A stretch of DNA of 64,000 nt from Methanobacteriota archaeon (GCA_043799545.1 JAZDNO010000027.1:39175-103174); one strand, 5' to 3'; shown: positions 37,919 through 48,262, counted from the first letter of the stretch. The notes: generated from the letters alone by a model not told the origin. A program made the numbers and translations.

Positions 37919-38526
37919 TTCTTCTTCGCCTCCTTTTTATCAGGTTTCTCGGCCTTCTCCGCCTTCTCTCCAGGCTTCTTCCCCTGCCTGATGGCCTCCA
38001 GCCATTCCATCCTTCCGAGCGAGGGCTGCCTCATCGTCAGGCCAATCTTGCTCTCGCGGGGGTTGCGCTCGTTCATGCTCACCGAGACGACGCGGGTCCT
38101 GACCCTGTAGTCGACGCGTATGTCCCTCTTTGTGTCCTTGCCGACCAGGCGCTGGTTCGTCTCGTCGGGGTCGATGTGGTCGTCCATGACCTGGGAGATG
38201 TGCAGAAGCCCGTCGAGCGGGCCGAACCTGATGAATGCTCCGAACTTCATTATCTCGCAGACGGTGCCGTCTACGACTTCCTGGTTGTCGAGCCTGAAGA
38301 CGACCGCGCTGTACTTGACCGTCTGGTAGACGGCTCCGTCGCCGTGGACGATCCTTCCGTCGCCCATCGGGACGACGTTGGTGGTTATCAGGACCATCCC
38401 CTCGGGGCCAAGAACGCGCCCCTCGATGTTCTTCTGAGTGAGGTCGTTGACTATGTCGTCGAGGTCCTCGCCGAGCCTCTCGGGGGGGATGCGTATCTCG
38501 TCCGTCCTCTCAGTTATCATGTACAT
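37915..38526 (-). CDS. rpoE: RNA polymerase subunit E' (Rpo7)
   Basis: IRIPP..LG, GRIVHGDGAVY, FGAFIR.GPLDGLLHISQ, IGLTMRQP.LG. Confidence 0.97.
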   Translation of the reverse strand: MYMITERTDEIRIPPERLGEDLDDIVNDLTQKNIEGRVLGPEGMVLITTNVVPMGDGRIVHGDGAVYQTVKYSAVVFRLDNQEVVDGTVCEIMKFGAFIRFGPLDGLLHISQVMDDHIDPDETNQRLVGKDTKRDIRVDYRVRTRVVSVSMNERNPRESKIGLTMRQPSLGRMEWLEAIRQGKKPGEKAEKAEKPDKKEAKKK

Positions 38527-38705
38527 GGATTGCTCTCCGCGGGTTGGGTGTGAGCCTATACGGAATCTCTTATTTATGCCTTTCCGGTGCGGATTGTTGC
38601 CACTGGACCTTTTAAAATGACAAAATCTAGAAAAGGGTTTTGAGTCCTCTGCGGAGGCCTCTTGAAGTTCATCCGCGAACTTCAGCCTAAATTATAAGCC
38701 CAGCC

Positions 38706-41054
38706 TCACTTCTTCTTGCTGTACCAGATTGCCACGGCCAGCCCGCCGACCATCGCCGCGATGCCCACCACGACCATGGCCTTCGTCATCATCATCGTCG
38801 GGTCGTCCATGTCCGCGTACGCCGTCCCGTCCGTCAGGCTGTACTTGACCACGACTGGCACCATCAGCACCGCGATGAGGTTGATGACCTTCACCATCGG
38901 GTTCAGCGCCGGCCCCGCAGTGTCCTTCAGCGGGTCCCCCACGGTATCGCCGACGACCGCGGCCTTGTGCCTGTCCGAGCCCTTTCCGGTGTTCTTCTCA
39001 AGGTCGCGCGGCTCGTCCTCGACGCTCTTCTTCGCGTTGTCCCACGCGCCGCCCGCGTTCGACAGGAAGACGGCCATGAGCTGGGCCGACAATATCGCCC
39101 CGCCCAGGAACGCCCCGAGCGCGACCTCGTTGAAAATCAATCCAACGATTATCGGCGACAGCACGCCCAGCAAGCCGAGCCCGATGAGCTCCTTCTGCGC
39201 GGCCCTCGTGCAGATGTCCACCGGCGTCGCGTAGTCGGCCTTGGCCGTTCCCTCCCAAAGGCCGGGTATCTCCTTGAACTGCCTGCGCACCTCGACCACT
39301 ATGAGCTGGGCAGCGCGTCCGACCGCCCTGATGCACATCGAGCTGAACAGGAACGGTATCGCGCCCCCTATCAGCAGCGCCGCGAAGAGCACAGGCGACG
39401 AGATGTTGATGCCGCTCGCCAGCATCCCCGTGGCCGGGTTGACCACCTGGCTGAGGATGGTGCTGCCAGCCTGGTCCGCCCGGACGATGAAGTCCATGAA
39501 CAGGCACGTCGCGGCCACGACGGCAGAACCTATGGCGATTCCCTTTGTGATCGCCTTGGTCGTGTTTCCGACGGCGTCCATGTCGGCCATGCGCTGGCGC
39601 GCCTCAGGCTCCAATCCCGCCATCTCGCCTATTCCGTTGGCGTTGTCGGCAATCGGTCCGAAGGTGTCCATGGATATCGTGTTGCCAGTGAGCGTCAGCA
39701 TCCCTATGCCGCACAGCGCGACCCCGTAGGCCACAAGGAAGACCTGCTCCATCGGGAAGATTATCGCGGACACGATGATTGCGCCAACGATGACGAATAA
39801 TGCCCAGACGCTGCTCTCCATCCCGGTCGCGAGGCCCTGGAGGATTGTCGTCGCCGAGCCTGTGTCCGTGGCCTCGACGATTTCCTTCACGGGCTTCTGG
39901 TGGGTGGATGTGTAGTAGTCGGTAAGGTAGTTGATGACGACCGCCATCGCGATGCCGGCGCTGGTCGCCAGGGCGAACTTGATTCCCAGCCACGCGATAC
40001 CGCCGTCGATGACGTTGTCCTTCAGCGCGGGCTCCACCCAGAACCATGCGAGAAGCCAAAACCCTGCGATGGAGATTGCCGCGGAAATCATGTACCCCTT
40101 GTGTATCGATTTCATTATGTCCGCGCCTTCGCCCTTCGCCTTGACCATGTAAGTTCCGACTATCGAGCTGATGACCCCTATGGCCCTAATTAGCAGCGGG
40201 AAGACCACGGCTATGTACTGGTATGAACGGTTGCCCGCGAAGGCCGCCAGGCCCAGAATCATCGCCGAAACCATCGTGACCTCGTAAGACTCGAATATGT
40301 CCGCGGCCATTCCCGCGCAGTCGCCGACGTTGTCTCCCACGTTGTCGGCTATGACCGCCGCGTTGCGGGGGTCGTCCTCGGGGATGTCCTTCTCGACCTT
40401 TCCCACGAGGTCGGCTCCGACATCGGCCGCCTTGGTGAATATGCCGCCGCCGACCCTCATGAAGAGGGCGATGAGCGTGCCTCCGAACCCGAACCCGAGG
40501 AGAACCTCAGGAGCGGCCACATCGTATATCATGAAAATCACTGTGCCGCCGAGCAGTCCCAGCCCGTCCGTGAGCATGCCGACTATCGCGCCCGTCCTGT
40601 AGCCAATCGTCACGGCCTCATTTAGGCTCTTGCGGGACGCCTGGGCGACCCTGACGTTCGCCGTGACGGCCATCCTCATGCCGAAGTAGCCGACCGCCGC
40701 GGAGAAGCCGGCGCCCATCAGGAAAGCGAGCATGCGCCCGACCGAGACCAGCAGCCACTCGTTCGCGGTGTTGCCTTCCTCAATCCAATGCGCGGGCCTG
40801 CCCATGTAGGCGGTGATGAAGAGCGCGACGGAGAGGACGGCGATGATTATCGAAACCGTCTTCAGCTGTCTGCGCAAGTACGTTTCAGCGCCTTTCATGA
40901 TGGCGCCGGAAATCTCGTTCATCTTCTCGGTGCCGGTGTCCTGGCGCATCACGAAGCGCCTCAGGGCATAGGCGTAGAGAAGTCCCGCTATCGCCACGAA
41001 AAACGTTATCCACAGGCCTATTATCTCAAAGTCCGACGCACCTTCCAGGAACAT
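38706..41054 (-). CDS. hppA: Membrane-bound pyrophosphatase, K+-independent type (probably H+-translocating)
   Basis: GGIFTKAADVGADLVGKVE..IPEDDPRN, DNVGDNVGD, D..GPI.DNA.GI.EM, GGAWDNAKK; Lys in GNTTKA. Confidence 0.96.
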   Translation of the reverse strand: MFLEGASDFEIIGLWITFFVAIAGLLYAYALRRFVMRQDTGTEKMNEISGAIMKGAETYLRRQLKTVSIIIAVLSVALFITAYMGRPAHWIEEGNTANEWLLVSVGRMLAFLMGAGFSAAVGYFGMRMAVTANVRVAQASRKSLNEAVTIGYRTGAIVGMLTDGLGLLGGTVIFMIYDVAAPEVLLGFGFGGTLIALFMRVGGGIFTKAADVGADLVGKVEKDIPEDDPRNAAVIADNVGDNVGDCAGMAADIFESYEVTMVSAMILGLAAFAGNRSYQYIAVVFPLLIRAIGVISSIVGTYMVKAKGEGADIMKSIHKGYMISAAISIAGFWLLAWFWVEPALKDNVIDGGIAWLGIKFALATSAGIAMAVVINYLTDYYTSTHQKPVKEIVEATDTGSATTILQGLATGMESSVWALFVIVGAIIVSAIIFPMEQVFLVAYGVALCGIGMLTLTGNTISMDTFGPIADNANGIGEMAGLEPEARQRMADMDAVGNTTKAITKGIAIGSAVVAATCLFMDFIVRADQAGSTILSQVVNPATGMLASGINISSPVLFAALLIGGAIPFLFSSMCIRAVGRAAQLIVVEVRRQFKEIPGLWEGTAKADYATPVDICTRAAQKELIGLGLLGVLSPIIVGLIFNEVALGAFLGGAILSAQLMAVFLSNAGGAWDNAKKSVEDEPRDLEKNTGKGSDRHKAAVVGDTVGDPLKDTAGPALNPMVKVINLIAVLMVPVVVKYSLTDGTAYADMDDPTMMMTKAMVVVGIAAMVGGLAVAIWYSKKK

Positions 41055-41270
41055 GGTCTCACTCTGTCTGCTGCCTTTTCAGGCGAGCCGGGATTGCGGT
41101 ACGGTTATATGAAGATAGCTGATTGCCAGAAGGGAAATTGAGAATTTCCAGGCGCATCGGCTGCCTGTCTTGCGGGACGGACGGGCTCGCGCACGTGCGA
41201 TTGCGTACGCGAACGAGCTCGCCCGCGGACGCCGCAAAAACCTATTAAGGGCCGCCGCCATCCACGCTTC

Positions 41271-42071
41271 ATGCTCAGGCCCACGTACAGGGAGGACACG
41301 CCCGTCATACTGGAGCGGTACATCTCCGACACCATGGAGCACGCGGGGGCTGATGGGGTCGTGCTGGGGCTTAGCGGTGGGCTGGATTCCTGCACTGTCC
41401 TAATGCTCTGCGCGAAGGCGCTCGGCCCGAAAAGGGTGCGCTGCCTCCACCTGCCAACATCGACCACGCCCCGCCAGGAGCGGAGGGACGCGGAGGCGGT
41501 CGCCAAGAAGGCCAATGTGAAGCTGGAGGTCGTTCCGATTGACGGCGCGGTGGAGAGCCTGGCGAAGGTTCTAGGATCCTCCGACGCCGGCCTTAAGGGG
41601 AACGTCAAGGCGCGGGTGCGGATGGTGGTGCTCTACCATTACGCAAAGAAGCACAACCTCCTCGTCGCCGGGACCGGAAACAAGAGCGAGCTTTTGACAG
41701 GATACTTCACCAAGTTCGGCGACGGCGCGAGCGACTTTAATCCACTGGGGGATTTGTACAAGACCCAGGTGCGCGAGCTGGCCAGGGCGGTCGGGGTCCC
41801 CGCGGGGATAGTCAAAAAGCCCCCGACGGCCGCCCTCTGGGAAGGCCAGACTGACGAGGGGGAGCTCGGGATATCCTACGAGATGCTCGACAGGATACTG
41901 CTCGGAATCGAGCTGGGGATGGAGGACCGGGCTATATCGGGCGCGGCCGAGGCTCCGCTCGCCGAGGTCGTCCGGATAAGAGCGATGAACGCCAGGACCG
42001 TCCACAAAAGGAGGATGGGGCTCATCCCCAAGATGGGCACGCGCACCGTGGGCAACGACTGGAGGGAGTGA
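41271..42071 (+). CDS. nadE: NH3-dependent NAD+ synthetase
   Basis: GLSGGLDS, GNVKARVRM, GTGNKSE..GYFTKFGDG, P.GDLYKTQV, PTA.LW.GQTDE; no glutaminase domain. Confidence 0.96.
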   Translation: MLRPTYREDTPVILERYISDTMEHAGADGVVLGLSGGLDSCTVLMLCAKALGPKRVRCLHLPTSTTPRQERRDAEAVAKKANVKLEVVPIDGAVESLAKVLGSSDAGLKGNVKARVRMVVLYHYAKKHNLLVAGTGNKSELLTGYFTKFGDGASDFNPLGDLYKTQVRELARAVGVPAGIVKKPPTAALWEGQTDEGELGISYEMLDRILLGIELGMEDRAISGAAEAPLAEVVRIRAMNARTVHKRRMGLIPKMGTRTVGNDWRE

Positions 42072-42127
42072 GCGCGAATGGTAACGGCTGAAGGTTGTTT
42101 TTATCAAGGATTCAAAGGAGGGTCTAC

Positions 42128-42670
42128 ATGAACGTGATAGGGATTTGCGGGACGCCGAGGGAGAACGGGAACACGAAGATACTGCTGGAGAGCGCGCTGC
42201 AGGAAACGGGAGAGCAGGCCGAGCTGGTCGAGCTTGCCAAGACGGAAATCAAGCCCTGCAACGGCTGCATGGACTGCTCGAAAGGGCGCGCGTGCCCCAT
42301 AGAAGACGGGATGAAGCCTCTTTACCAGAAGCTGGCCGCCGCCGACATAGTTTTCGTGGCGACGCCGACGTACTTCTCCGCCCCGACCGCGCAGACGAAG
42401 GCGTTCATGGACCGCTGCCTGCCATTCTTCTTCGACCGCAAGCTCGAAGGGAAGGTTGGCGCATCCCTGATTATCTCGGCCTCGGACGGGCACGAGCACA
42501 ATGCCGCAGCGTTGAGGGAGTTCTTCGAGCAGCTCGGGATGTTTTATGCTGGCTCGGCCCATGCCAAGGCCTCGGAGCCGCGCGACGTCAAGCGCGACCT
42601 GAAGGGGCTTCGCGAGGCTGGGGAGCTCGCCGTGAAGGCCAAGGAGCTTCGGGCTCTCACGAAACGGTGA
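42128..42670 (+). CDS. Flavodoxin-family iron-sulfur flavoprotein (NADPH-dependent FMN reductase-like)
   Basis: GTPR.NGNT, IKPC.GC.DC....C, ATPTYF...TAQ.K.FMDR. Confidence 0.9.
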   Translation: MNVIGICGTPRENGNTKILLESALQETGEQAELVELAKTEIKPCNGCMDCSKGRACPIEDGMKPLYQKLAAADIVFVATPTYFSAPTAQTKAFMDRCLPFFFDRKLEGKVGASLIISASDGHEHNAAALREFFEQLGMFYAGSAHAKASEPRDVKRDLKGLREAGELAVKAKELRALTKR

Positions 42671-42673
42671 ACG

Positions 42674-43255
42674 ATGCTTGAGTCCCTGCACGGGTGGCTG
42701 CTGGCGAACGGGCTCTGGTACGCGCTCCTTGCGGTCCTTGCGTTCGTGATAGTGGACGCGTGCCTTTTCCCGGCCCTCCCAGACCTATTCGCCGTGCTGG
42801 CATTCCTGGTCAAGCCGGAGCTTTGGTGGGGGCTGGCCATCCTGGGAACGGTCTGCGTGGGAGAGATAACGGGCAACACCCTCCTCTACTCGCTGGTCAA
42901 GCGAAAAAGCCTTCCGGGTTTCATGGAGCGGGCGATGAAGAAGTGGGTCGGCTTCCTGTTCCTGAAGGACGAGAAGGCTCTGCTGCTGAACAGGTTCGCG
43001 CCGATGATACCCTATTCCGGTGCGTTCATAGCAACGTGCGGTTGGAGCTTCAGGCGCTCGCTCGGGTACATCATCGCCGGCGGCCTGGTGAAATATTCGG
43101 TTCTTCTTGGAATCGCCTTCGCGCTGAACTCTGCTTTGGATTCCGGAGCGGCGGCGCTCGCGACCGTGGCGGCCGTCATCGTCATACTCGTCGCTAGCCT
43201 GGCAAGCGCCCAAGTGCTCAAGCGCCGGGTGAGGGCTCAGGAAGGTTTAAGATGA
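42674..43255 (+). CDS. DedA/VTT-like membrane protein
   Basis: FPALPD re-entrant motif, NRFAP.IP, ..F....I.GG.VKY pattern. Confidence 0.65.
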   Translation: MLESLHGWLLANGLWYALLAVLAFVIVDACLFPALPDLFAVLAFLVKPELWWGLAILGTVCVGEITGNTLLYSLVKRKSLPGFMERAMKKWVGFLFLKDEKALLLNRFAPMIPYSGAFIATCGWSFRRSLGYIIAGGLVKYSVLLGIAFALNSALDSGAAALATVAAVIVILVASLASAQVLKRRVRAQEGLR

Positions 43256-43289
43256 GCGCGCCCCATCTAGTCCCGGAGGCTGCTGGCCC

Positions 43290-44468
43290 GTGAAACTCTG
43301 CATGGTCAACGCGTTCTACCACCCATACATCGGAGGCTCGGAGAAGCACATGTGGGAGCTCAGCCGGCGCCTCGCGCGGAAGAACGACGTGCACGTCGTC
43401 ACCTCGCAGTGGGAGTGCGAGCCCGGCGATTACGAGCTCGAAGGCGTCCATGTCCACCGCTTGCCCACTTCTTTCACCAAGATGCCCCTGATTTACCCTC
43501 CGCCATTGCCGTCGACCAAGGGAGTGACGAAGAAGCTGGAAGAGCTTGATTCCGTGCACAAGTTCGACGCGTTCAACATCCACGGCCGTTGGTTCAGGGA
43601 CTACACCGAGGTCGTCTGGTTCGCGAAGAAGAAGGGCAAGCTCATGGTCAAGACGCTCCACAACCAGCGCCCCCTCGGGATTAGCTTGGGAGTGAGCGTC
43701 GTGGGGATGACCTACGAAGCCATGCGCGGCAAGAAGGTGCTCCGCACGGTCGATAAAATCATCGCCGTCAGCGCCGCAGCCAAGAAGGACGTCATGAACT
43801 ACGGCCTTCCGGAATCGAAGTTCACTGTCATCCACAATGGCGCTGACACCGAAGTATACAAGCCTTCGCCCTCCGACTACCTCGACAAATACAAAGATGG
43901 CTGCGACTGCCTCATGCTCTTCGTCGGGAGGGTCATCCAGCAGAAGGGGCTGCACCACCTGCTGAACGTGATGCCTGAACTCGTCAAGGAATACCCGCGG
44001 ACGAAGCTGCTAATCGTTGGCAAGGGGGGGAAGCTGGAGGAGCTTCAGTCGATGGTAAAAAAGAAGAGGATGGAATCCAACGTTGTCCTCCCTGGCTTCA
44101 TCCCGGACGGCAAGCTGCCGGAGCTGTATTCCAACGCGGACATGTTCGTGCTGCCCTCGCTCTGGGAGGTCCTGCCGGTGGCGATGCTGGAGGCGCTCTC
44201 GTGCGGCTCGGCGCTCTGCGCCAGCGACGCCGGGGGAAACCCGGAGATGGTCGACGTGGGGAAGAACGGGCTCATCTTCCGCAAGGGGAACGAGCCCGAG
44301 ATGCTGGAAAAGCTGCGGGAGATGGTCGGCGATCCTGGAATGAGGAAGAGGATGGCGGCGGCGAGCCGCGAGACCGCGCTGGCGCGCTTCGACTGGGAGA
44401 TAATCGCCAAGAGGACTCAGGAGTTCTACGACAAGGCGATACCCGAACATGGCTCTTGTGAGCGATGA
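43290..44468 (+). CDS. Glycosyltransferase family 4 (GT-B)
   Basis: P..GG.E, V.HNG.D, FVGR....KG, D.FVLPS..E......LEA..CG. Confidence 0.94.
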   Translation: MKLCMVNAFYHPYIGGSEKHMWELSRRLARKNDVHVVTSQWECEPGDYELEGVHVHRLPTSFTKMPLIYPPPLPSTKGVTKKLEELDSVHKFDAFNIHGRWFRDYTEVVWFAKKKGKLMVKTLHNQRPLGISLGVSVVGMTYEAMRGKKVLRTVDKIIAVSAAAKKDVMNYGLPESKFTVIHNGADTEVYKPSPSDYLDKYKDGCDCLMLFVGRVIQQKGLHHLLNVMPELVKEYPRTKLLIVGKGGKLEELQSMVKKKRMESNVVLPGFIPDGKLPELYSNADMFVLPSLWEVLPVAMLEALSCGSALCASDAGGNPEMVDVGKNGLIFRKGNEPEMLEKLREMVGDPGMRKRMAAASRETALARFDWEIIAKRTQEFYDKAIPEHGSCER

Positions 44469-45311
44469 CTATACCCAATCCGCTTCGTTCCATTCCCTCT
44501 TGACCAGCTTGTAGGCCATCTTCCAGAACGGCTTCGAGTACCTCTCGGCCAGATACACGGCCACCAGGGCAGCCGCGAAGCCTCCGAGGATGTCCAGGAA
44601 CCAGTGGATGCCAAGGTAGACTATCGAGAGCGAAATCAGGAATATCATGATTCCGAGGAATATCTTGTATCCCCTGAATTTAGGCTCCTGGCGCCACAGC
44701 AGGATGGGTATCGCCGCCGGGTAGCCGATGTGCATCGAGGGGAAGGAGTTGTTGAACGTGTCGTAGCTGACGAAGAAGCCGTGGACCATGTCGTTGTAGT
44801 TGTAAAGGAGCGGCTGCATCCCCGGCACGATTGCTGTTGCGCCCGGCTCGAACATCAGCGGCCACGACGTCACCTTGACAATCATGAGGAAGTAGAACGG
44901 AATCGAGAGCAGGAGCAGGACGAGGTTCATGAACATCAGGCTTCCCGCAGCCTTGAAATTGTCCGAATACGCGAAAAGGAGGACCGAGAAGACGTAGATG
45001 AATAGGAAGCTGCCTATGTAAACAAGCCCCATCGCGACGGTCATCCAATCGCTCAGCAGCGTCTTCTGGACCTGCAGCGCGGCGTCGCCCTCGACCGAGT
45101 GTATCAAAGACGTGGCATCCCAAGCGAAGGCTCCCTCGACCGCCCCCTCCATGCTCATTATCAGGCTCTTGAGAGCGAACAAGCCGATGAGCATGGCGAT
45201 GTGCCACCTGTATTTGTCGCACGTGCCCCGCAGGCCGTCCCAGCTCACCTTCTTCCCTGCGAAGGCCCAGACCCCAATGGGGAAGCTCGCCAGCAGGTAG
45301 ACGACCAACAA
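44469..45311 (-). CDS. PAP2-superfamily membrane phosphotransferase (AUR1/IPC-synthase-like)
   Basis: NSFPSMH and YLG.HW..D..GG motifs, multiple TMs; start uncertain. Confidence 0.85.
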   Translation of the reverse strand: MLVVYLLASFPIGVWAFAGKKVSWDGLRGTCDKYRWHIAMLIGLFALKSLIMSMEGAVEGAFAWDATSLIHSVEGDAALQVQKTLLSDWMTVAMGLVYIGSFLFIYVFSVLLFAYSDNFKAAGSLMFMNLVLLLLSIPFYFLMIVKVTSWPLMFEPGATAIVPGMQPLLYNYNDMVHGFFVSYDTFNNSFPSMHIGYPAAIPILLWRQEPKFRGYKIFLGIMIFLISLSIVYLGIHWFLDILGGFAAALVAVYLAERYSKPFWKMAYKLVKREWNEADWV

Positions 45312-45325
45312 AACATCTATCAGGT

Positions 45326-45790
45326 TCAGGCCCGCTCACCCCCTAGGGCGCTGACCATGCCCGGGACATCCTCCGCCGTGAATACGATTCTGTCGTACGA
45401 GCGCCAGAGGGCGTGCCGGAACCTGCGTTTGTTCGAAAGCGTTATGAGAACCCTGCGCGATTTTTCAGTGGCCAGGTCGAGGGCGCCTTTGGCGCTGTCG
45501 CCCCTTTCCAAAGCCCACACGCCCGTTATCTCCGAGAGCAGGATGTCGGCCCTGAAAACCAACCCGTACCTCAGCCTCAGCTCCCCCACGGCAATCAAGT
45601 GGTCTGTGAACAGCGGCGTGGCGTAGACGACGACGACCGCGCCGAAAACCGCGAGCGCGAAGACTGCCATCCATTCGGCGCCGATGTCTCCGGCCATGGA
45701 CAGGAGCATGACGCTGGCGCCGGCCATTGCCAGCGCGGTGATGAGGTTGATTATGGGCGAGGTCTTTGGATACGGATAGCTTCGACTCAT
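45326..45790 (-). CDS. Hypothetical 2-TM membrane protein with PH-like soluble domain
   Basis: 3' part of ORF 45326..46228 from ATG 45790; ATGA overlap with HAD gene; T.H......L.LRYG......I....I pattern. Confidence 0.65.
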   Translation of the reverse strand: MSRSYPYPKTSPIINLITALAMAGASVMLLSMAGDIGAEWMAVFALAVFGAVVVVYATPLFTDHLIAVGELRLRYGLVFRADILLSEITGVWALERGDSAKGALDLATEKSRRVLITLSNKRRFRHALWRSYDRIVFTAEDVPGMVSALGGERA

Positions 45791-46266
45791 CTGCTCGCCG
45801 CCTCCAAAACTGCATCGAAAAAGCTCTGGATGCTCGCCCCGGCGATCTGTGCGTCGGCGCCGATTCTGCGGGCGTTCTCGACGTGCCTCCCGCTGTCGTC
45901 CGTGAAAAAGACCCTGTCCTCGACCATGTCGACATCCAGTTTCGCGCATATGTCGCCTATCATTGCATTCTTGTCCGAACTGTTGCGCACCATGACGAAA
46001 TCGAAAAGGTCGTCGATTCCGAGGGCCTTCAGCGCCCCTTTGACCCCCGCCTCGGGGAGGTCGAGGTTGTGGCTGGCCACAGCGAGCAGGATGCCACGGG
46101 CCTTCAGCGCCATCAGGCCCGGCCGGACCTCGGGCCGGAGGCGCAGTTCCGCGCCGTCGCTCAGGACCAAAAGGTCTCCTCTGGCCTCGCGCACCGCGCG
46201 GTCCCAGATGGGCGCAGCCACGTCCCACATCGTGTCGTCGGCGTCGAGGACGGCCAATACCTTCAT
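45787..46266 (-). CDS. HAD-IIIC phosphatase (magnesium-dependent phosphatase-1-like)
   Basis: LDADDTMWD motif I, AVASHN, K, FFTDD motif IV. Confidence 0.88.
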   Translation of the reverse strand: MKVLAVLDADDTMWDVAAPIWDRAVREARGDLLVLSDGAELRLRPEVRPGLMALKARGILLAVASHNLDLPEAGVKGALKALGIDDLFDFVMVRNSSDKNAMIGDICAKLDVDMVEDRVFFTDDSGRHVENARRIGADAQIAGASIQSFFDAVLEAASR

Positions 46267-46322
46267 GGAGAGGAAAAGGGAAAGGGGGTAGAAAAAGGAA
46301 ATGGAAAGGTTTTGTCGCGGGC

Positions 46323-46772
46323 TCAGTTGGACACTCTTCCTTTAATGGTGCCCGTGTAGTCTCTTACAGAGATGGTGACCTCGTAGCCCGATATGTCCAC
46401 CCCGGATACTGTCACCAGGAGCCTGTCGCCCCCGCGCGCGTGTTCGTCGTCGCTGACTAGGTGCGTCCAGTTTATCTGCGCCCCTGCGACGATTTGCTGG
46501 TTTGGCATGACGACCTTCACGGTCAAATCAGCTATTTTGGGATTGTCTGGGGTCGTCATGGTGATGTCGAAAACGGCATATCCATTCGCCGGATCCGAGA
46601 CATCCGACTTGTAGTAGAGGTCGCCGATTACGTTCTCTGGGGGGTCACCGATACCGCCCATCACCATCGTGTACAGCACAGCCGCCAGCACCACGGTTAT
46701 TGCGACCATCAGTATGGTCGCTATGACCGGAGACACAGCCTCCTTGTCGTTTTTCCTCCATACTCGCTTCAT
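46323..46772 (-). CDS. Archaeal type IV pilin (class III signal peptide)
   Basis: KNDKEA|VSPVIATILMVAITVVLAAVLY N-terminus. Confidence 0.93.
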   Translation of the reverse strand: MKRVWRKNDKEAVSPVIATILMVAITVVLAAVLYTMVMGGIGDPPENVIGDLYYKSDVSDPANGYAVFDITMTTPDNPKIADLTVKVVMPNQQIVAGAQINWTHLVSDDEHARGGDRLLVTVSGVDISGYEVTISVRDYTGTIKGRVSN

Positions 46773-46900
46773 GTTTAGTCCTCCTGCGGCTTTCGCCGCA
46801 TGCTATTCTTTGGCACGGCGGGTATTTGAGGATGCGCGTCACATGTGAGTCACATCTGAGCTCCGGCAGTTTTTTTACCCCACTCGGCATACGGTCATCC

Positions 46901-48226
46901 ATGGGAGAGCGCATCGACGCCACGGGGGAAGAGCTGGTGCTCGTGCACCTTCTCGACGCTCCGAAGGGCACCGAGGCCGAACGGAACCCGTCGCTGACCC
47001 AGACCGGTATAGCCGGCGGGACTGGCCTGGACAGGAGCTACGTCAGCGTCCTTCTGGGAAAGATCACTGAAGGCGCCCTCGCGGTCCGTTCCCTGGACCG
47101 GGTCAAGGGCTCGCGCAGGAAGGTCGGAGTATTCTCGCTGACCTCGCACGGATTCGAGCGGGCGCTGTCTATCAAGCAGCGGCTGATGTCGTCGAACCTC
47201 ATAGTGAAGGTGGACGGCCAGGCGCGCGACGTGGAACTGCGGGAGGCGCTGAAGCTGTTCGCCGGCGAGAGCGCCGCCTCGCTCGTCTCCAAATCGCAGC
47301 GCGGCGTGCTGGACGCGAGCTCCAGCGAGCCCATCTCGGACGAGATAGCCCGGGCGCAGAAGCTGCTCGACGAGGACAGGCAGGCCGACTGCGCCGCCCT
47401 TTTGCGCGGGTTTGCGAACAGATGGATAAGGGCCGGTTACCACGACGAACTGCTTCTGATTTCATCCGCAATAACCAAGTCGCGCGTCCCTGCTGGCGAC
47501 GCCTCCGCGCTGCTGCTTGCGGATGCGGACGTCCACGAGGTGCGCGGCGACTGGGAACGGGCGCGCCTCTGCCTCGAGATGGTAGACAGCGACGAGGCGC
47601 CGATAAGGGCGGAGGCGCTGTTCAGGCTGGGCGTACTGGCCTACCGAAGGGATGACGCGGATTCCGCGAGGGAGCTGTACCGCAGGGGGCTTGCCCTGGT
47701 CGGAAAGGAGGAGCCGTTGCACGGGCGGATTCTCAACGCCGTCGGGGTTCTGGCGTGGGCCAGCGGCCAAGCGGGGGAGGCGGCAGCGCGCTACGCCGAG
47801 GCCGAGAAGCTCGCCCTCGACACGCGGGACGCCGAGGGGCTGATGCGCGTGCGCTCGAACCTGGGCATCCTGGCCGCGGACGCGGGCGACGCGGCCAAAG
47901 CCATAGATTACTACGGAAAGGCGATAACGGTCGCAGAGGCCATTTCGGACTTGAAGACCGTGTCCAGCTTGTACAGCAACGTCGGCGACGTCTATGCCTC
48001 GAAAGGGGACAAGGGCGAAGCGCTGCGGTTCTACGACCGCAGCATGGCGCTGGCGGAGAAGCTGGCGTTCACCTGGCAGATAGCCGAGCTGCACAGGTCG
48101 CTCGCCGGGGTCGCCGAGGGCGCGGAGCGCGAGAAGCACCTGAGGAGGGCGCTGGAGCTTTTCGAGAAGCTGGGCGCAGAGAGCGACGCGTTCAAGGTCA
48201 GGGAGATGATGGGCGAGAAGCTCTAG
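46901..48226 (+). CDS. Winged-helix (HTH) plus TPR-repeat protein
   Basis: LTQ.GIA..TGL.RS.VS..L HTH, ..G.RRKV..F.LT..G wing; TPRs (N.LG, AIDYY.KA, LY.NVG.VY); start set to ATG 46901. Confidence 0.85.
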   Translation: MGERIDATGEELVLVHLLDAPKGTEAERNPSLTQTGIAGGTGLDRSYVSVLLGKITEGALAVRSLDRVKGSRRKVGVFSLTSHGFERALSIKQRLMSSNLIVKVDGQARDVELREALKLFAGESAASLVSKSQRGVLDASSSEPISDEIARAQKLLDEDRQADCAALLRGFANRWIRAGYHDELLLISSAITKSRVPAGDASALLLADADVHEVRGDWERARLCLEMVDSDEAPIRAEALFRLGVLAYRRDDADSARELYRRGLALVGKEEPLHGRILNAVGVLAWASGQAGEAAARYAEAEKLALDTRDAEGLMRVRSNLGILAADAGDAAKAIDYYGKAITVAEAISDLKTVSSLYSNVGDVYASKGDKGEALRFYDRSMALAEKLAFTWQIAELHRSLAGVAEGAEREKHLRRALELFEKLGAESDAFKVREMMGEKL

Positions 48227-48262
48227 GCAACCTTTTTCTCCCCCCTAGGCGATGCGGATGTC

